From positions 32,001 through 96,000 of the forward strand of contig JAVKIP010000005.1 of the NCBI GenBank assembly GCA_031459385.1: a DNA stretch of 64,000 nt, in the 5' to 3' direction. The notes below the pieces were generated by a model. The model searched no databases and was not told where the DNA came from. It was given only the letters and a program-made list of their open reading frames with translations. This document shows positions 30,174 through 38,860 of the stretch, in pieces; within the stretch, counting starts at the first letter, position 1, and each line of letters begins with the position of its first letter. Position numbers and translations under genes: made by a program. The DNA comes from Candidatus Fervidifonticultor secundus (GTDB lineage: Bacteria; Sysuimicrobiota; Sysuimicrobiia; Sysuimicrobiales; Humicultoraceae).

Positions 30174-31451
30174 CTACTCGATCACCCCTTCCGCCGCCAG
30201 CCGCGCGAACTCCTGCGCCGACAGCCCCAAAATCTCGCGGTAGACCAGCGCGTTGTGCTCCCCCAACAGCGGGCTGGGACGCAGCACCGCCGGGGTCGCC
30301 GACAGCGCGAACGGCGGCCCTTCGTAGTGGAACCGCTCCAGCACGGCGTGGGACAGTTCCCGCCAGATGTGCCGGTGCGCGAGCTGGGGATCGCTGAACA
30401 GATCAGAGAGCCGGTTGACGACGCCGGCCCGGACGCCCGCCGCCTGCAGGACCGCCACCACCTCTTCCGGCGTGCGCTCAGCGGTCCACCCGGCCACCAG
30501 CGCGTCCAGGTCGTCCTCGTGCGCCTTGCGGGCTGCCAGGGTGGCAAAGCGCGCATCGTTGGCCCAGGCCGGATGCCCCACCGCCCGGCAGAACGCCTGC
30601 CACTCGTCGTCGCTGCACACGGCCACGACACACCAGCGGTCCTCGCCCCGGCAGGGGTAGGCGCCGTGCGGCGCGGCCTCAGGGCTGCGGTTGCCCATCC
30701 GGGTGGGGACGCGCCCGTTGACCCCGTACTCCAGTAGCGCCGGTGCCACGAACTGCAGGCCCGCCTCGTACTGCGCCAGGTCGATGTAGAGGCCCCGGCC
30801 GGTCCGCGCGCGGTGGTCCAACGCCGCCAGCACCGCGATCAGCCCGAAGCCCACGGCGACGAAGTCGATGTAGGGACCGAACAGCAGCATGGGCTCGCCG
30901 CCGGGATAGCCCGTCAGGTGCGTGAAGCCGGCCTGAGAGGTCAGCTGCGACCCAAAGCCGCGCTGTGACGCCTTGGGGCCGCTCTGGCCCATGTTGCACG
31001 TGCTCAGGTAGACGATCTGCGGGTTGATGTGGCTCACAGCAGCGTAGTCCAGGCCGTGGCGCGCCATCACGCCCGGCACGAAGTTCTCGATGAGGACATC
31101 CGCCCACGCCACGAGGCGCCGGGCCAGGGCCACCCCCTCCGGGTGCTTGAGGTTGAGCGTGACGCCCAGCTTGCTGTCGTTGAAGAGGGCGAACGATCCG
31201 GTCCGGTCGAGTCCGGGCCGGTTGTCCTTGTAGGGCGGATAGTGGACGCGGAACCCGTCGGGCCGGCTGCGCGACTCGACGTGGATCACCGTGGCTCCGT
31301 GCTCGCCCAGGTGCTTGCCCACCATGGGGCCCGCTGCGAACATGGCGAACTCGACGACCTTGAGCCCCTCCAGGGCTGCAGGGGCTGCACCGCCCGCCGC
31401 CGCGTCCGCCCTGGTGCCCCCGCGCAGGGGCCCGCCGTCCGGGATGGCCAC
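30174..31451 (-). CDS. Class III (CaiB/BaiF) CoA-transferase, catalytic-Asp-bearing subunit
   Basis: ALEGLKVVEF, AGP, ENFVPGVM, GPYIDF (Asp), PLLGEHN. Confidence 0.92.
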   Translation of the reverse strand: MAIPDGGPLRGGTRADAAAGGAAPAALEGLKVVEFAMFAAGPMVGKHLGEHGATVIHVESRSRPDGFRVHYPPYKDNRPGLDRTGSFALFNDSKLGVTLNLKHPEGVALARRLVAWADVLIENFVPGVMARHGLDYAAVSHINPQIVYLSTCNMGQSGPKASQRGFGSQLTSQAGFTHLTGYPGGEPMLLFGPYIDFVAVGFGLIAVLAALDHRARTGRGLYIDLAQYEAGLQFVAPALLEYGVNGRVPTRMGNRSPEAAPHGAYPCRGEDRWCVVAVCSDDEWQAFCRAVGHPAWANDARFATLAARKAHEDDLDALVAGWTAERTPEEVVAVLQAAGVRAGVVNRLSDLFSDPQLAHRHIWRELSHAVLERFHYEGPPFALSATPAVLRPSPLLGEHNALVYREILGLSAQEFARLAAEGVIE

Positions 31452-31453
31452 GC

Positions 31454-32689
31454 TCAGATGACCCCTTCCTCGCGCAGGAGGCGCAGGTCGTCCCGTCCCA
31501 ACCCCAGCTCGGCGTAGATCTCGTCGTTGTGCTCGCCGATCCCCGGCGCGCGCCGCCGGATGCGGCACGATCCTCCAGAGAACCTGGCGAACGGTCCCGG
31601 GTAGGTCACGGCGACGCCCAGCTCGGGATGGTCCACGGCCTGCCAGAACGCCCGCGCCGCCAGCTGCGGGTCCTCATGGATGTCCCGAGCATCGGCCACG
31701 GGATACCCGAGGATGCCGCGCCGGAGGGATTCCACCGCGAACTCCGCCTTCGTGCGCGTGGCCAGGAAGGCCGCGATGGGTTCCTCGATGGCGTCGATCT
31801 CCGCCTGGGTACTGGTCGCCACGTTGAACGCCGTCCAGTCCAGACGCTGGAGCCAGTCGGGTGCGGCGCCTGCGTCGGCCATCCACTGCACCATCGCCTC
31901 GTTGGACCGGCGCCCCGCGTCGCCGCCGTACAGGATGAAGTTGATGTGCCCGTCCCGGCACGGGTAGAGAGCCCGCATGCGGGCGCCGGTGACGCTACGG
32001 CCCACCAGGAAGTTGCCGCCCCGGTGCAGGTCCTCTCGCAGCAGGCTCCAGTGTGCCGGCGCGTTCGCCAGGGCCCAGAGCAGGCTGGCCTGCGTCGAGA
32101 CGTCCACGTGCTGGCCGCGCCCGGTGCGCTGGCGGTAGAGGTGGGCCACCAGCGTACCGGCGGCCGCGTACATCCCCGCCCACATGGCTGCCTGGGGCAG
32201 CGAGACCCGCAGGGGCGGCCGCCCGGGCTCGCCCACCAGGGACATGAACCCGCTGGTGGCCATGGCGACGAGGTCCGATCCGCGGTGATGGGCCCGGGGC
32301 CCGGTCTGGCCGAAGGGCGTGATGGACGTCACGATCAGGCGCGGGTTGGCCTCGGCCAGCGCCCGGTACCCCACTCCACGGGCGTCCAGGTAGCCAGGCG
32401 GGAACGACTCGACGAGGAAGTCGGCTCGCTGCGCCAGTTGCCGCAGCAGCGCCCCTCCCCGGGCGGTCTCCAGGTGAAGGGTGATGCCGCGCTTGCTGGC
32501 GTTGTACGCCCACCAGCGCAGGCTCCGGTCAGGGCCGGCGACGTCGTGGCAGAACGGCCCGCGCAGGCGCCCGGGCTCCCCGCCTGGCGGCTCGACCTTG
32601 ACCACGTCCGCGCCCAGGTCGCCCAGAATCCGGCCGCACAGCCAGCCAGCCTCGTCGGTCAGGTCCAGCACGCGGTAGCGCGACAGCAC
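31454..32689 (-). CDS. Class III CoA-transferase, partner subunit apparently lacking the catalytic Asp
   Basis: YRVLDLT, GADVVKVEPPGG, NASKRGITL, ITPFGQTGP, APGIGEHN; SLPQAAMWAG at the Asp position. Confidence 0.9.
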   Translation of the reverse strand: MLSRYRVLDLTDEAGWLCGRILGDLGADVVKVEPPGGEPGRLRGPFCHDVAGPDRSLRWWAYNASKRGITLHLETARGGALLRQLAQRADFLVESFPPGYLDARGVGYRALAEANPRLIVTSITPFGQTGPRAHHRGSDLVAMATSGFMSLVGEPGRPPLRVSLPQAAMWAGMYAAAGTLVAHLYRQRTGRGQHVDVSTQASLLWALANAPAHWSLLREDLHRGGNFLVGRSVTGARMRALYPCRDGHINFILYGGDAGRRSNEAMVQWMADAGAAPDWLQRLDWTAFNVATSTQAEIDAIEEPIAAFLATRTKAEFAVESLRRGILGYPVADARDIHEDPQLAARAFWQAVDHPELGVAVTYPGPFARFSGGSCRIRRRAPGIGEHNDEIYAELGLGRDDLRLLREEGVI

Positions 32690-32730
32690 CCCGTCCTCTT
32701 CGCCGCCGGATGGCCGGGGACCGGTTCCCC

Positions 32731-33525
32731 CTAGTGCGGCGGCCGGGTTCGCCACCGGGTCGGTCTCCCTCGGCGCGCGCGCATCGTGCGCACCCGCCGG
32801 GCGAAGTAGCGCAGGTGCTCGTGCATCAGGCGACGGGCCCGCTCTGAGTCGCGTGCGGCGACGGCAGTCAGGATCTCCTGGTGGTCGACGACGGCGCGCT
32901 CGGCCATCTCGTCGTCAGGCAGCAGGCGCGCCACCGCCTCGTGGAACAGCGCGCGGAACGAGTTCACGGTGGAGAGCAGCACGGGATTCTTGGCGGCCTC
33001 GGCCAGGGCCAGGTGGAACGCCACGCTGTGCGGGATGAAGTCGGCCTGGCGGGCGGCCAGGCCTGCACGAGCCCGCGCGATCGCTCCGGCCATCGCCCGC
33101 AGGTCCGCGGCGGTGGCCCGCCGCGCCGCGAGTGCCGCCACCTCAGGCTCCACCAGCAACCGGGCCTCCACCAGTTGCGCCACCGTCGTCCGCCGCAGGC
33201 GCAGCAGGTTCGTCAGCGCCTCGCTCACCGGCCGCGTGCTGGGCCGGGCCACGAAGACGCCGCCGCGGGCACCGACCCGGATCTCGACCAGGCCCTGCGA
33301 CTCCAGCACTCGCAACGCGTCGCGGACCGTGGCCCGGCTCAGGCGGAACTGTCGGGCCAGCGCCTTCTCGGGGGCCAGCTGGTCTCCCGGGGCCAGCTGC
33401 CCGTCGAAGATCAGCGCCTTCACCTGCCGGACGACGGCGTCGGAGGCGCGGGCGAAGCGTACGGGCCGAAACGTCGCGCGCAGCGGCGCGCCCGCCCTCG
33501 GGGCCTGCGGCTGTGCGGAGCCCAT
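32731..33525 (-). CDS. GntR/FadR-family transcriptional regulator
   Basis: LAPEKALARQFRLSRATVRDALRVLESQGLV HTH; FCD domain FHLALAEAAKNP, HQEIL, MHEHL. Confidence 0.92.
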   Translation of the reverse strand: MGSAQPQAPRAGAPLRATFRPVRFARASDAVVRQVKALIFDGQLAPGDQLAPEKALARQFRLSRATVRDALRVLESQGLVEIRVGARGGVFVARPSTRPVSEALTNLLRLRRTTVAQLVEARLLVEPEVAALAARRATAADLRAMAGAIARARAGLAARQADFIPHSVAFHLALAEAAKNPVLLSTVNSFRALFHEAVARLLPDDEMAERAVVDHQEILTAVAARDSERARRLMHEHLRYFARRVRTMRARRGRPTRWRTRPPH

Positions 33526-33537
33526 CGCGAAAGATCG

Positions 33538-33552
33538 AATGGTCAGACCTTT
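33538..33552. promoter_or_regulatory. Putative FadR-subfamily operator aatGGTCaGACCttt
   Basis: Near-palindrome fitting the TGGT-N3-ACCA type FadR-subfamily box, 12 bp upstream of the gntR start in the gntR/ubiX divergent gap. Confidence 0.65.
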
Positions 33553-33752
33553 TTCCCCGGCCATGATTCGAGTCGGCGTCCCCCGTCTCCTGCCGGTCCG
33601 CCCCCGGGGCACAATGCGCGACACGGCGCATCCGCCGGCGTGATGCCCGACGGGTGCATCGCGTGCGCCGCCCGGTGCCGCGCCGCGCAGGAGTCGCCCC
33701 TGCCAGGGCGGAATTTCGGCCTGGCAATGACGACGCGCGGGGGCTCCCGGGC

Positions 33753-34349
33753 ATGCGGCTCGTGGTAGGGATCTCAGGCTCCTCGAGCCCTATCTACGGC
33801 ATCCGCACGCTGGAAGCCCTGAAGGCTGCCGGCGTGGAGACGCACCTGGTGGTCTCGGCAGGTGCCCGGCGCACCATCGCCCTGGAGACCACCTGGACCC
33901 TCGAGCAGGTGTGCGGCCTGGCCTCGGTGGTCCACGACGAGCGCGACATGGCCGCAGCCATCTCCAGCGGCTCGTTTCGCACCGGCGGCATGGTGGTCGT
34001 GCCCTGCTCCATGAAGACGGTGGCCGCCATCGCCCACTCGCTGGTCACCGACCTCCTCGTCCGCGCCGCCGACGTCACGCTCAAGGAGCGCCGCAAGCTG
34101 GTGCTGGTGCCCCGCGAGACGCCCCTCCACCTGGGTCACCTCCGCAACCTGGTGCGCGCGGCGGAGATCGGCGCCGTCATCCTGCCGCCGGTCCCGGCCT
34201 TCTACCACGCCCCCAAGACCATCGACGACCTCATCAACCAGACCGTCGGCAAGATCCTCGACCAGTTCGACGTGCCGCATGCGCTCTTCCGTCGGTGGAG
34301 CGGTGCGCCGGCCCGGGCCGGCGAGCTGCCCGCGCCCGACGACGACTGA
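33753..34349 (+). CDS. ubiX: Flavin prenyltransferase UbiX
   Basis: RLVVGISGSS, ISSGSF, PCSMKT, RAADVTLKERRKLVLVPRETP, PAFYHAP. Confidence 0.96.
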   Translation: MRLVVGISGSSSPIYGIRTLEALKAAGVETHLVVSAGARRTIALETTWTLEQVCGLASVVHDERDMAAAISSGSFRTGGMVVVPCSMKTVAAIAHSLVTDLLVRAADVTLKERRKLVLVPRETPLHLGHLRNLVRAAEIGAVILPPVPAFYHAPKTIDDLINQTVGKILDQFDVPHALFRRWSGAPARAGELPAPDDD

Positions 34350-34352
34350 CGA

Positions 34353-35843
34353 TCACCGCGACCCGCTCCCGAACGGGCCGGCGACGGGGGACCCGGCTGC
34401 CACGGGAACGTGCCCCTGCTCCCCAGGAAACAGGATGTGCCCCCACCGGCGCAGCGCCTCGGCGCGGTGCGTGGGGCTCGCCTGGGCCACCGGCGGGAAC
34501 CGGTCCCGCCATTCGAAGGGCCGGGTGGCATCGATGATGGCCCGGGAGTTGAACCCCTTGCGCTCGGGCGGGATGATGGGATCCAGCGGCCCGCTCCAGC
34601 ACCGGCGCAGGATCTCGATGTCCTGCGCGGGGTCGCAGCGGGTGCACACTGCCCACAAGACGTCTTCCAGGTTCATCACGTCCACGTCCTCGTCCACGAC
34701 GACGGTGAACCGCCCCAGGTACGCCGCAGCGTGACACTGCGTGGCCACCAGGGCCGCCTGGCGGGCATGCCCCGGGAAGCGCTGCCTGATGGCCACGACG
34801 TTCAGCAGGCGCGACCCGCCGACCTCGTGGCACCAGACGGCCTGCACGTCCGGAACGCCCGCCGCCGCCAGCTGCTCTTCGATGGCGGCGGCCCGCAGGA
34901 AGGCCCGGAAGTAGGCCAGTTCCGACGGCGGCTTGGTGGGCGGGCTGCCCAGGATGATGGGGTCGTCGCGGTGGTAGAGGGCCACCACGCGCACTACGGG
35001 CTCGGCGCGCATCTCGCTGGCGTAGTACCCCGTCCACTCGCCGAACGGCCCCTCCGGCGCGCGCTCATCGGGGTCGACGAACCCCTCGATGGCGATCTCC
35101 GCGTGCGCGGGAATGGGGAGCCCGGTCACCGGGCCCTCGATCACCTCCACGGGCGCACCCTGCACGGCGCCGCACCACTCGTACTCCGAGAGGCCCCACG
35201 GGATCTCGATGCCGCCGGCGAGGAAGATCAGCGGGGCGTGGCCGAACGACATGGCCACGGGCATCGGCTCCCGTCGGGCGAACCACTTGTCGCGGTGGAT
35301 CCGGCCGTGCTTGCCGGGCGAGATGTAGAAGCCGACCCGGTGGCGGTCGTGGAGCATGACCCGGTAGCAGCCCAGGTTGACCCAGCCCTGGTCGGGGTCA
35401 CGGGTGATGTCCACGCTCCCCGTGCCGATGTACCGCCCACCGTCCAGCTCGTGCCAGCGCGGCGTGGGGAACGTCAGGAGGTCCACCGCGTCGTCGCGGT
35501 AGACGTGTGCCATGACCGGTCCGTCGGCGACGACCCTGGGCGGGACGGGCCGAAGCGTGCGCTGCTTCTGCTGCCACAGCCGCAGCAGATCGCGCACGTC
35601 GCGATCCACGGGCAGCCCCAGCGTCAGGGCCAGGCGCCGGGGCCCCCCCAGGGCGTTGGTGACCACGCGGTGCCCGGACGGGTAGCCCGGGATATTGTCG
35701 AAGAGCAGCGCCGGCCCGTGGCGGTTCATCACGAGCTCGGTGATCGTGCCGATCTCCAGGTCCCAGTGTGCGCCGCGGACCGTCGTCAGTTCCCCGAGGG
35801 CTTCCACGTCTCGCAGCCAGCCGCGAAGATCGCTCCCGTTCAT
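34353..35843 (-). CDS. ubiD: Second UbiD-family decarboxylase (different clade)
   Basis: PALLFDNIPGY, DGGRYIGT, NLGCYRV, EGPFGEWTGYY, VLWAVCTRCDP, IDATRP. Confidence 0.92.
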   Translation of the reverse strand: MNGSDLRGWLRDVEALGELTTVRGAHWDLEIGTITELVMNRHGPALLFDNIPGYPSGHRVVTNALGGPRRLALTLGLPVDRDVRDLLRLWQQKQRTLRPVPPRVVADGPVMAHVYRDDAVDLLTFPTPRWHELDGGRYIGTGSVDITRDPDQGWVNLGCYRVMLHDRHRVGFYISPGKHGRIHRDKWFARREPMPVAMSFGHAPLIFLAGGIEIPWGLSEYEWCGAVQGAPVEVIEGPVTGLPIPAHAEIAIEGFVDPDERAPEGPFGEWTGYYASEMRAEPVVRVVALYHRDDPIILGSPPTKPPSELAYFRAFLRAAAIEEQLAAAGVPDVQAVWCHEVGGSRLLNVVAIRQRFPGHARQAALVATQCHAAAYLGRFTVVVDEDVDVMNLEDVLWAVCTRCDPAQDIEILRRCWSGPLDPIIPPERKGFNSRAIIDATRPFEWRDRFPPVAQASPTHRAEALRRWGHILFPGEQGHVPVAAGSPVAGPFGSGSR

Positions 35844-35912
35844 ACCCCTCAACCCCTCTGCCCGTCGTGGCGTCGGCCCGCACTGGCGTGCGGCAACGCG
35901 AGACGTCCCGTG

Positions 35913-36881
35913 CTAGCCATCCAGCCGCAGGAGGCTGACCGCCGTGCGCCCCAGCATGGCGTCCCGCGCGGGAGCCGGGAGGTCCAGCGTCTGCACGAGG
36001 CCGATGTAGCCGCGGATGTCTTCCACCCGCTTGCCCGTCTGGGTCGTGGCGCCGGTGAAGTCCTGCGGGTAGTCGGTGGCAAAGACCAGGCGGTCGGGCT
36101 CGATGCCTGTCAGCGCGCACGCCAGCGCGCCGGGGCCGCCCTCGAAGCCCGCCATGTCGAAGTAGAGCCGCCGGAAGTACTCGTCGAAGGGCCGCACCAG
36201 CGTGCCGAACCGTCCGGCTTTGGCCGCCAGGCGTTCCTTCACCGCGGCGATGCCCCCGCCGAAGTGGGCGATCACGAACGTCACGCCGGGGAAGGCCTCC
36301 AGCACGCCGCCGGCGATCAGGCGCGCCACCGCCAGCTGCAGGTCCAGCTCGCGGCCTAGGATCCGCGCCAGGTCATAGTCGCCCAGCAGTGCATAGCCAC
36401 GCGGGGCCATGGCCGGGTGGACGAAGATGGGGACCTCACGCGCCTGCGCCAGGGCGTAGAAGGCCGACAGGCGCGGGCTGTCCAGCGGCAGGCCCTCGAC
36501 CTGGGAGGCGATCGCCACCCCCCGCAGGCCCAGGTCGTCCAGCGCCCGCTGGATCTCCCGCAGACCCACAGACTCCAGCACGGGCGCATGCGCCAGCCCT
36601 ACGAAGCGTCCGGGGTACCGGTGCTGCAGGGCGGCCAGGTGGTCATTGATGAGCCGGCAGTCGTCCAGGGGCGCGTCCCAGCCCAGGTTGCACGACAGCA
36701 CCGCGGTGTCCACGCCGCCGGCGTCCATGTCGCGCAGCTGGACCGCCGGATCGTAGAGCCGGTCGTGCAGCGTGAACGTGGGCACCCCACCGTCGGCCAG
36801 GTCGCGGCGCTCCCCCCGACGCGCGCCGCGGCGCTCGGCCAGCTCCCACGGCACGAAGTGGTGCTGAAAGTCTACGACCAT
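35913..36881 (-). CDS. Amidohydrolase_2 family protein (ACMSD/LigW-like decarboxylase or hydratase)
   Basis: VDFQHH, IFVHP, AHFGGG, LYFD, FATDYP. Confidence 0.85.
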   Translation of the reverse strand: MVVDFQHHFVPWELAERRGARRGERRDLADGGVPTFTLHDRLYDPAVQLRDMDAGGVDTAVLSCNLGWDAPLDDCRLINDHLAALQHRYPGRFVGLAHAPVLESVGLREIQRALDDLGLRGVAIASQVEGLPLDSPRLSAFYALAQAREVPIFVHPAMAPRGYALLGDYDLARILGRELDLQLAVARLIAGGVLEAFPGVTFVIAHFGGGIAAVKERLAAKAGRFGTLVRPFDEYFRRLYFDMAGFEGGPGALACALTGIEPDRLVFATDYPQDFTGATTQTGKRVEDIRGYIGLVQTLDLPAPARDAMLGRTAVSLLRLDG

Positions 36882-37004
36882 GCACGGCTCCCTTCCCGCC
36901 TGCCGCGGCACGGCCCGTGCACGCAGCGGCCCCGCGGAGGAAAATACGCCCGCCCACCCGCGCCCCCTGCAGGCACGCGTGTGGCTCGCCTGGTGCTGGC
37001 GGGG

Positions 37005-37053
37005 TAGCCGATCCGGCCGGCGCCGGCCGGCGGGGCTCCGGCCGGATCGGCTA
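37005..37053. repeat. Perfect 16-bp inverted repeat with 17-nt loop
   Basis: TAGCCGATCCGGCCGG (37005-37020) and CCGGCCGGATCGGCTA (37038-37053). Confidence 0.85.
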
Positions 37054-37119
37054 AACGCCGCGCAGGGCCTCGGCCGTCACAAGGAGTGGAATGCAGCGCG
37101 CGCACACGGGAGGACGGAG

Positions 37120-37620
37120 ATGCGAGGGAATGCAGTGTGGATGGCGAGCGTCGTTGTGGTGGCCCTGGTGGCCGGCGGCCTGACCGCCGCCGCAGCCGCC
37201 GGGCCCTGGGATGACGAAGGCCCGATCGGTGCAGACGACGTTGCGCCGTTCCTGGCGCAGGCGGCGCCAGCAGCACCGGCGCCCCCGGGTGCCGGGCCCG
37301 CCCTGCGCCGGCGGCTCAACCTCACCGACGAGCAGGCGCGGCGGGTGGAGCAGATCGCGATCGCCTTCCGCAGCCGCACGGCCCGCCTGCGCATCGACCT
37401 GGCCCGGGCGCGGCTCGATGCCCGCGAGGCGCTGCTGGAGAGCACGCCGGACCGCGCGCGCCTGGAGGCCATCGCGCGGCGCATCGGCGAGCTCCACGGG
37501 CAGCTGGCGCGGGCCCGGTTCGAGATGCTCGTCGAACTCAAGGCCGTGCTGACGCCCGAGCAGTGGATGCGGCTCCAGACGCTACGCTGGGGCCGCGGGG
37601 TGCGCGGGCTCAGACGCTAG
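37120..37620 (+). CDS. Spy/CpxP/ZraP-like periplasmic helical chaperone or metal sensor
   Basis: Signal peptide, two LTxxQ motifs (LNLTDEQ, VLTPEQ). Confidence 0.85.
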   Translation: MRGNAVWMASVVVVALVAGGLTAAAAAGPWDDEGPIGADDVAPFLAQAAPAAPAPPGAGPALRRRLNLTDEQARRVEQIAIAFRSRTARLRIDLARARLDAREALLESTPDRARLEAIARRIGELHGQLARARFEMLVELKAVLTPEQWMRLQTLRWGRGVRGLRR

Positions 37621-37636
37621 ACGCGCCGCCGGCGGC

Positions 37637-38641
37637 TCACTGGACGACGATCGTGCCCTTCATGCCCCACGGCGCGTGGATCACGCAGTAGTACTCGTAG
37701 CGCCCGGCACGGGTGAACGTCAGGCTGTAGCTCGACGGGAGTTTCATCGGGTTCCCCTCGGGGAACAGAATCCCGGAGTTCGCGTACCCCTTGCCGTCGT
37801 AGGTCTGGGTGCCGGCCGGCGCGCCCACCTTGGGGTTGAGGAGCAGCTTCGGCGGTCCCTGTGCCTGGGACTCCACGACGATGAACTCCGGCACCTTGCC
37901 GCCGGAGGTGAACGTCACCGTGTGGATCTCCAGCGGGTCGCGTACAACCCACGTCACGGTGGTCCCGCGCGCCACGACGACCGGCTCGCGCGAGAACCGG
38001 AAGTGCGACCACCGCTCCTTCACGTTGCCGAGCATCGGCAGCATCACCGTCGTGTCCTGGCGCTGCGGTCGCCACCCGGCAAACGCGGCCCGGCCGGCCT
38101 TCAGCACCGCGGCCAGCTCGCTCCTGCCCCGGGCGGCCGCCTGCGCCGGTGAGCCGGCCGCGCGGTCCCTCACGACGATGCGGCCGGCCTGCCCGGGGTG
38201 CAGCGCGCAGACGTAGTCGTAGGTCCCGGCCCGGGTGAACGTCAGCGAGTAGGAGAAGCGCGTCTTGGGGTCCTCCGGCGCCGGCGGAATGCCCGAGTTG
38301 CGGTAGCCGCTCCCGTCGTGGGTCTTGTCGCCCTTCGGGAAGAAGACATCTGGGTTGAAGTAGGTCTTGGAGCCCTCCTGCACCGTCAGCGGCGGTACCG
38401 GCTGCCCGCTGGTGAAGGTGACCGTGTGGAGTGGCCAGGGCTGCTGGAACTGCCACGTGACCGTGTCGCCCACCGCGACCTCGACTGACCGGGGCTGGAA
38501 CGCGTTGGATACCACCGCGGTCCCGGCGACGCCGCCGCCGACCAGCACCGTCCACGGGCGCGGGGCGCCCTGGGCCTGCGGGACCAGGACCACAGACAGC
38601 ACGACCAGTACGCCGAGCAGCATTGCTGTGCGAAGCCGCAT
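37637..38641 (-). CDS. Secreted two-domain cupredoxin (plastocyanin/azurin-like)
   Basis: Signal peptide; domain 1 HTVTF...YVCALHPGQ; domain 2 HTVTF...YYCVIHAPWGM. Confidence 0.85.
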   Translation of the reverse strand: MRLRTAMLLGVLVVLSVVLVPQAQGAPRPWTVLVGGGVAGTAVVSNAFQPRSVEVAVGDTVTWQFQQPWPLHTVTFTSGQPVPPLTVQEGSKTYFNPDVFFPKGDKTHDGSGYRNSGIPPAPEDPKTRFSYSLTFTRAGTYDYVCALHPGQAGRIVVRDRAAGSPAQAAARGRSELAAVLKAGRAAFAGWRPQRQDTTVMLPMLGNVKERWSHFRFSREPVVVARGTTVTWVVRDPLEIHTVTFTSGGKVPEFIVVESQAQGPPKLLLNPKVGAPAGTQTYDGKGYANSGILFPEGNPMKLPSSYSLTFTRAGRYEYYCVIHAPWGMKGTIVVQ

Positions 38642-38746
38642 CTTCCCCCCACCTCCTCGACGCCGCAGTGGCCGCCGTCGTGCAGTTGTCGGATGCTGTT
38701 CGGATGCTGTGGAGTTGCGAGGCACGTAGCCTCGCGCAGTTCGCTT

Positions 38747-38775
38747 ACCATAGCACCGACACAGGTGGCGGTCAA
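38747..38775 (-). promoter_or_regulatory. Sigma70-type promoter of the cupredoxin gene
   Basis: TTGACC-17 bp-TATGGT with TG extended -10. Confidence 0.7.
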
Positions 38776-38860
38776 GGCCCGACGGAATCCCGCGGACTCG
38801 TCGCCCCGCCGGGGCGAGACGTCAAGGCGTGGCGTAAACAGTGCTGCCCCACGCGGGCCA

